Source: Myxococcota bacterium
GTDB lineage: Bacteria > Myxococcota_A > UBA9160 > SZUA-336
Length of the DNA stretch: 64,000 bases
Direction: 5' to 3'
NCBI GenBank assembly: GCA_965247115.1
Contig: CBDFGR010000002.1
Span: 736,001 to 800,000, forward strand
Each line of letters opens with the position of its first letter. The stretch's first letter is position 1. The translations under genes were made by a program, and so were the position numbers. Shown one piece after another: positions 58,837 to 64,000 of the stretch. A model generated the notes under the pieces. That model saw only the letters and a program-made list of their open reading frames with translations, had not been told where the DNA came from and made no database searches.

Positions 58837-59253
58837 CTAACGCGCTTCCAGACGCACAAATACCCGGGGTGGAAAACCCATCAGCAAGCGCGCAACAAAT
58901 GGCAGGCGGTTGTCTTCCAGCACACGGTCGTGTTCGGCTCCGTCCACCGGTACGGCTGTGTAGTCACCGCTTTGTGCGGCGTGTGCGCCGCCAAACTCGA
59001 TGTGCACTTCTGGATTTTGTTTCACCTGACTGAACCACGCTCGGGGCCAATGGTTTGCAGCAAGGTACAGTTCGTCCTGGCTCTCAAATAGCGACAGCAC
59101 GCGTTGTGTTTTGCTGCCGTCGTTCTCAGTCAGAGTAATGACCAGGTTCTCCTCGCCGCGGGGTTGGGAATAACCGAGTCATGATTCGAACGCCGCAACC
59201 AGGGCGACGTATAGACCAAGAACGACGAGCAGAATCTTGATTGGCAGTTTCAC
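58837..59253 (-). pseudogene. Split-barrel/nitroreductase-like membrane-anchored protein with an in-frame TGA
   Basis: One continuous frame with TGA at 59179-59181; ANHWPRAW......NPEV, GFPPR.F.RL. Confidence 0.55.
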
Positions 59254-59783
59254 AGTGCTTGGGCCCCGGATTGTTCGACAGGTACGCGTCGTAATCAGCT
59301 GCGTCCCTGTGTTCCTCCAAGTTGTCGAAGGGATCGGGGGGCACGGCACCATTCCCCTCCTGGCCAGTGCCAGAGGCTGTGGGTTTTTCCTGTGCGGTAT
59401 CTTCGTTCTCAATCTCCTGGGACATCGACTTCACCTCTAGTCCGGCGTCCCTCGGCGCCCGGACTCCTTCTTCTTACGTCGAGGGCCAGCTCAAACTGGA
59501 CCCCTTGACCCGGGCCCTTTGGCACCGGCCGCCGCAACAGGGGATCTGCAGCAGCTCTCCCCCGAGAGGATTCAAGCTCGGTATCGACCGGCGTTTCTTC
59601 GCCAGAACGGAAATAGCCACTCAGCGATAGAGGCCTCCCATAGGCACGGGAAGCCGCGCAGATAAACCTCGAGCGCGTCACGCTGATTGATGTGACCTGA
59701 GGCTATCGCGTGGGCAAGTTCATCGATGTGACTTCTAAACTCCTGCGCATGGGCTTTCGAGTGGTGCCGCAGGAGGGCCGGTG

Positions 59784-60023
59784 TCAAGGCCGCGAACCTG
59801 TCCGCATCGTCCGCCGAGCGGTTTGCGACCCTGAGCCGAGGTCCGACGTAGAGAGGCGTGCGTTCTCGTCCGCAAACGCCACAAGGTCGTCAACCGCATA
59901 GACAACAGCAGCGCCGAGCTTTCGATATCGGGGTCCAGTACCAAGAACTCGCCAGTTACAGAGTGTCTTCGGCGCTACCCCGAGATTCTCAGCCGCTTCT
60001 GGCGTTCTGAGTAGCCTCTCCAC
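59784..60023 (-). CDS. AlpA/excisionase-like HTH protein
   Basis: LLRTPEAA..LGV..KTL.NWR..G.GPRYRKLG..V.Y. Confidence 0.85.
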   Translation of the reverse strand: MERLLRTPEAAENLGVAPKTLCNWRVLGTGPRYRKLGAAVVYAVDDLVAFADENARLSTSDLGSGSQTARRTMRTGSRP

Positions 60024-60081
60024 TCCAGCCCTCCGGTCCCCATAGGGATACGAAGGACGCTACCGGGCAGCCGCGATGAGG

Positions 60082-60717
60082 TCACTGCGAAGATCGCGCG
60101 CCTTTCTCGCAGTAATCCTCCCAAACATCGTGGCATCGACTACCACGCCATGCATCCCAGGCCACCCGATCCGAGACCGAGAAGTGGGCTACTGCCCAGC
60201 GCACGGCATCAGTCGCCTTGGCTCCATTGAGAACGTGGGCGAACACTGTCTCCGAGAGACTCCGGTTCCTCTCCCGCTCGGTGTGACGGGAGAACGAAGT
60301 CCCCCGACCTTTCCCCGAGTAGCCGAGTTCTCGTGCCAAGAACCTCGGAAAGTCCCCTTTTGGGACATCTACCATCAGCTTGCGAATGGCTGAGTCCTGA
60401 CGGTCGAACGTTGCGTTGGCCCACGCGGGAACAGCAACGCCGTTCTCTCTGGCCAATGCACGGGCGTCGTGTGCGTAGATCAGCTCTGACCGCTGACGAA
60501 ACAACTTCTCCAAACCGTTCAGCCTATGGCCCAGGCGTGCCATGCGAGCCCGCTCCGCGTGCGGCCGCAGTCGCGGGTCAAGAGCCGCGAGATCAGCGAG
60601 CAGATCAGCGAAGCCAGACGCGCTCCTTTCCGCAAGCCCAGTACCAGCACGCGCGTGAAGCCTGAGCCGGTCCTTGATAGGGACTTTGCGCTTCTCATAG
60701 TAGACCGGGAGGGTCAC
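60082..60717 (-). CDS. Hypothetical protein between the integrase remnant and the HTH gene
   Basis: GTGA overlap with the integrase stop; 211 codons. Confidence 0.45.
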   Translation of the reverse strand: MTLPVYYEKRKVPIKDRLRLHARAGTGLAERSASGFADLLADLAALDPRLRPHAERARMARLGHRLNGLEKLFRQRSELIYAHDARALARENGVAVPAWANATFDRQDSAIRKLMVDVPKGDFPRFLARELGYSGKGRGTSFSRHTERERNRSLSETVFAHVLNGAKATDAVRWAVAHFSVSDRVAWDAWRGSRCHDVWEDYCEKGARSSQ

Positions 60718-60852
60718 CTGCGAGAATCCATCCGGACGAGCTTTCCGGTGACCGAGCCGCCCATCAACGAATCCAAGGTTTCGCCTACCAACTCTGCCGC
60801 ATCCCGAAGAGGACCGTCGGCAAGATGGGCATACCGCTGAGAGGTGGTCGCG
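60714..60852 (-). pseudogene. Tyrosine integrase C-terminal remnant
   Basis: TTSQRYAHLADGPLRDAAELVG. Confidence 0.7.
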
Positions 60853-61050
60853 CGGCATCGAGTCTCCCCAGGCCGCCGATCAGGGACACCAGTATGTAAG
60901 GCAGAACGGTGATCTGAAGGAGGCGAATATAGGCTTGCCCGACGATTTCGAGTTTGCCCGCCGGCTCGCCGAAAAAGACGCCGCAAAAAATGCCGAGTCC
61001 TAATCCCCACAGAACGCGGGAGAACGCGCTTTGCGGGATCAATCGCATCT
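60853..61050 (-). pseudogene. Dicarboxylate/amino acid:cation symporter N-terminal fragment
   Basis: GLGLGIFCGVFFGE....VG.AYIRLLQITVLPYI.VSLI.GLG. Confidence 0.7.
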
Positions 61051-61092
61051 AGACGCATGCGTTTCTTCAGGTGGGATTGTAGGCATCGGACG

Positions 61093-61980
61093 TCAGCGTT
61101 CCGATACGCCGGTGATGCTGTCGCTCATCGCGCGCTCATCTCGATTCGGCCAGCGCCCGGCCTCGACCTGCGCGATGAATGTGCCAATCGCACGGTTGAA
61201 GGCTTCGGGCTCTTCCAGATTCACCGCATGGCCCGTGTTCGGCACCACGAGTAGCGCGGCGGAACGGATAACCCGCTTCATATAGACGTTCGGGGCCAGG
61301 CAAGGCCAATCCTCGTCGCCCGAGACGATTAGCGTCGGCACGGTCATGGCTTGCATTTCACCTTCGAGGTCGTAAAGCGAAGGCCGCTCCTTTTGGACGC
61401 CGAGTTGGGTGTTCGCGGAGCCTTCGGCGGAATGTTCGGCGAGCATTCGCGCGAACTCCGCAAAACCGCGGGGATCCTTATTCTCGAACTGCACGCGGGT
61501 TGGCCCATAGGCATAGCCTTCGGCGAAAGATTGCATCGAAGACGTTCGGAGCTTGGCGGCGATCGCGTCGACTTCGCCGTGAAACCGCCCGAGCTGTTCG
61601 CGCTCGGCTCCGTAGCCGACGCCGGCGAGGACGAGAGATTCGGCGCGTTCAGGGTAGGTAAGTCCGAAGTGCAGCGTCGCGAACCCGCCCATCGATAAGC
61701 CGACGACGTGAGCGCGACTGATATCGAGCTGGTCCAGCACGGCCCGGATGTCGTCGCGGGCAAGGTCTTGGGAATATGACGAGACGTTGGCCGGAACGTC
61801 GGAAGGCGGATAGCCCCTGGCGTTGAACGCGATACATCGGTGGCGCCGCGCGAATGCCCGGATCTGCGGTTCCCAGCTTCGGTGGTCTCCCGCAAACTCG
61901 TGAACGAATACTACCGGCGATCCAGTTCCGGCTTCCTCAAAATAGAGCCGCACCCCGTCGTCGCTCGTAAGATATGGCAT
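61093..61980 (-). CDS. Alpha/beta hydrolase
   Basis: FVHEFAGD, GLSMGG, GDED, GHAVNLEEP. Confidence 0.92.
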   Translation of the reverse strand: MPYLTSDDGVRLYFEEAGTGSPVVFVHEFAGDHRSWEPQIRAFARRHRCIAFNARGYPPSDVPANVSSYSQDLARDDIRAVLDQLDISRAHVVGLSMGGFATLHFGLTYPERAESLVLAGVGYGAEREQLGRFHGEVDAIAAKLRTSSMQSFAEGYAYGPTRVQFENKDPRGFAEFARMLAEHSAEGSANTQLGVQKERPSLYDLEGEMQAMTVPTLIVSGDEDWPCLAPNVYMKRVIRSAALLVVPNTGHAVNLEEPEAFNRAIGTFIAQVEAGRWPNRDERAMSDSITGVSER

Positions 61981-62351
61981 CGTTGTTCACCCCCCACATC
62001 CACCCCCCCCCCCACATCGAGGCGTGAGTATGCGCATGATCGACGAAAAGCGTCGAGAGGCTACACAACCCCCAGGATTGACGCAGCGGCGCTTCAGGAT
62101 TGACGCAGCGGCGGAATCGGCTCCGAGGATGGGGCGACCAGGCCGACGGACCGTCGAAGTCACTCCGCCAATCATGAGCGGCGTCGAGCGGAAGTCGTTG
62201 GATGGGGCTCTACACATCGAACAGTGTCGGGCTGGTGGAGGCGCTCGATCCCGGGCCAGCACGAGGAGGGGTGCGGTGGTCGGGCCAACCGCTCCCGAGC
62301 TACACCCCAGAGCACCTCGGTCGGTGTAGGGTCTGGGCCATCAAACTCCAC

Positions 62352-63701
62352 TCAAACCAAGAACTTGAGATCGGCGTGGAAAGTCGGGTAGGCGTACACG
62401 CGCGACGCGATCTCTGCGGCAGGAATGTCCTTCTCGATTGCGAGGGCGAAGGTGTGGATGGTCTCCTCGGCACCGTGCCCTACGAGGTGCGCACCGAGGA
62501 TGTGACCGGTCCCTCTTTCGACCAGGACTTTCGCCCAGGCAGTGGTCTCCGCGTGGGTGCGGGCGGAGCGCCACTCCCGCATGTCGTTCATCCGCACCTC
62601 GAAGTCGAGCTCTGCCGCGGAGGCTTCGGCCTCGCTCAACCCGACGGTCGCCAGCGCAGGAACGGTGAAGACAGCAGCAGGCTGGAACCCGTACTTCGCC
62701 GCTCGGAGCTCCTCGTGAGTCAGGTTGTGCCCGACGATCCTCCCCTCGTAGGTGGCGAGGGGGGAAAGCTGCGGCCGGTCAGGAAGCGAATCCCCCGCAA
62801 AGAAGACATCGGGATTCTCGAGGCTGCGCAGATACTCGTCGAGCTCGACCCGACCCTGGTCGAGCGTGATCCCCGCCGCAGCCAGGTCCAGCCCGGCCAG
62901 ATCTGCGACCCGGCCGGCGCCGTTCACACCTACCTTGCCGCTCGCCACGGCCTTGCTGCCGCCGACCCGATAGTGGACGTCCTGTCCACCGCTGTGATTC
63001 TCGATCCGATCGATCGTAACGGAGGTCTCGATCTGCACGCCGAGGGCGCGCGTCAGCTCCGCGATTCGATGAGTCGCATCCGCGTCGAGCGTGGGTAGCA
63101 CGCGCGGCGCCACCTCGAGCAGCGTGACGCGTGTGCCCGCCCGCGCGAACACGTGCGCGAACTCAAACGCGATCACGCCCGCGCCCACAAAGACCATCGA
63201 GTCCGGCAGGGCAGCAAGCTCGAGGAGATCGTCGCTCGTGATCAGATGCTCCGCGCCGGGGATCGGAAGCGGACGCGGCGTCGAGCCCGTCGCCACGACG
63301 ACCTTGTCTCCGGAGTAGCGTCGACCGCGGACTTCGACTTCGCGCGGACCCGTGAAGCGTGCTTGCCCGCGCACCAGGTCGATGCCGCGGTTGACGAGGC
63401 TCTTCTCGAACTCTTCAGGCACGCCATCGACAAAGGTCCGCTTGCGCTCGATGAGCCGTGGCCAGTCCAGCGTCGCAGGGCCAACCGAGATCTCATGCGT
63501 CCCGGCCCGGGCGATTTCATCGAGTGCCTGAGCGGCCGCAACGAGGACCTTCTTCGGGACGCACCCGCGAAGCGGGCACACTCCCCCCACATCGCGCCCC
63601 TCGACCACCAACGCTCGCTTCTCCGCTGCCCGAGCCGTTCCAGCCGCAGCGAGGCCTGCGTTTCCCGCTCCCAGAACCAAGACGTCGTAGTCAGTGAGCA
63701 T
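62352..63701 (-). CDS. Class I pyridine nucleotide-disulfide oxidoreductase (glutathione reductase/dihydrolipoyl dehydrogenase family)
   Basis: GAGNAG, GGVCPLRGCVPKK, ATGS, GAGVIAFE, AYPT. Confidence 0.92.
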   Translation of the reverse strand: MLTDYDVLVLGAGNAGLAAAGTARAAEKRALVVEGRDVGGVCPLRGCVPKKVLVAAAQALDEIARAGTHEISVGPATLDWPRLIERKRTFVDGVPEEFEKSLVNRGIDLVRGQARFTGPREVEVRGRRYSGDKVVVATGSTPRPLPIPGAEHLITSDDLLELAALPDSMVFVGAGVIAFEFAHVFARAGTRVTLLEVAPRVLPTLDADATHRIAELTRALGVQIETSVTIDRIENHSGGQDVHYRVGGSKAVASGKVGVNGAGRVADLAGLDLAAAGITLDQGRVELDEYLRSLENPDVFFAGDSLPDRPQLSPLATYEGRIVGHNLTHEELRAAKYGFQPAAVFTVPALATVGLSEAEASAAELDFEVRMNDMREWRSARTHAETTAWAKVLVERGTGHILGAHLVGHGAEETIHTFALAIEKDIPAAEIASRVYAYPTFHADLKFLV

Positions 63702-63769
63702 CGAGCTCTCCTCTTCGCCGGTGGGGGGCTAGGAGCTTCCGCGAATGCGGCGCGTTCTACAACGAATTT

Positions 63770-64000
63770 CTATTGGGCGCGACGGCTCTCCTCGAGGAGC
63801 CAGTCACGGAACGCGACGACCTTGGGCCGCTCCGCCGCAACGTGCGGACACACGAAGAAGAACGCGAGCTCCATCGGGAGCGTGAGGTCGAAGGGGATGG
63901 CGAGGCGGCTGGCGGCCAAGTCTGCGGCCGCGAGGGTGCGCCAGCCGAGTACCATGCCAGCGCCGTCAATCGCGGCCTGCATGGCGTGGTCGGGGTGGCT
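63770..64000 (-). CDS. LysR-family (GcvA-like) regulator, C-terminal part; runs off the window
   Basis: QAAIDG.G..L...........RL..PF....RPKV.AFRDWLL.E. Confidence 0.85.
   Translation of the reverse strand, partial: SHPDHAMQAAIDGAGMVLGWRTLAAADLAASRLAIPFDLTLPMELAFFFVCPHVAAERPKVVAFRDWLLEESRRAQ

Overview
GC-rich bacterial chromosome segment; gene content suggests Myxococcota/deltaproteobacteria (inference). 1-24.5 kb is an intact + strand core region: type II secretion operon gspDEFGHIJKLM, HAD/MBL/HEAT genes, maf-yggS-proC-divIVA, folD-gcvT-gcvH-gcvPA-gcvPB, an M48 peptidase and a methyltransferase-Mug fusion. From 24.5 kb on it is accessory. An IS5-type element precedes tRNA-Sec (selC). A decayed phage/defence island follows: small phage genes, DNA MTase remnants, an IS1-family element carrying a RosmerTA-like pair, hicAB, an MTase-Mrr fusion, a JAB/RadC gene and IS256. 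tRNA-Thr(CGT) is then followed by two further copies of its 3' half, forming a tandem array of integrase-less mini-elements with three different arm-type repeat signatures. Inside that array an IS1595-family element with perfect 30-bp IRs and an 8-bp TSD splits an RRM gene and carries a KpnI-like restriction-modification system coupled to its transposase. The rest is a mosaic of intact metabolic genes and gene fragments. All family calls come from motif recognition by eye; no database searches were run.
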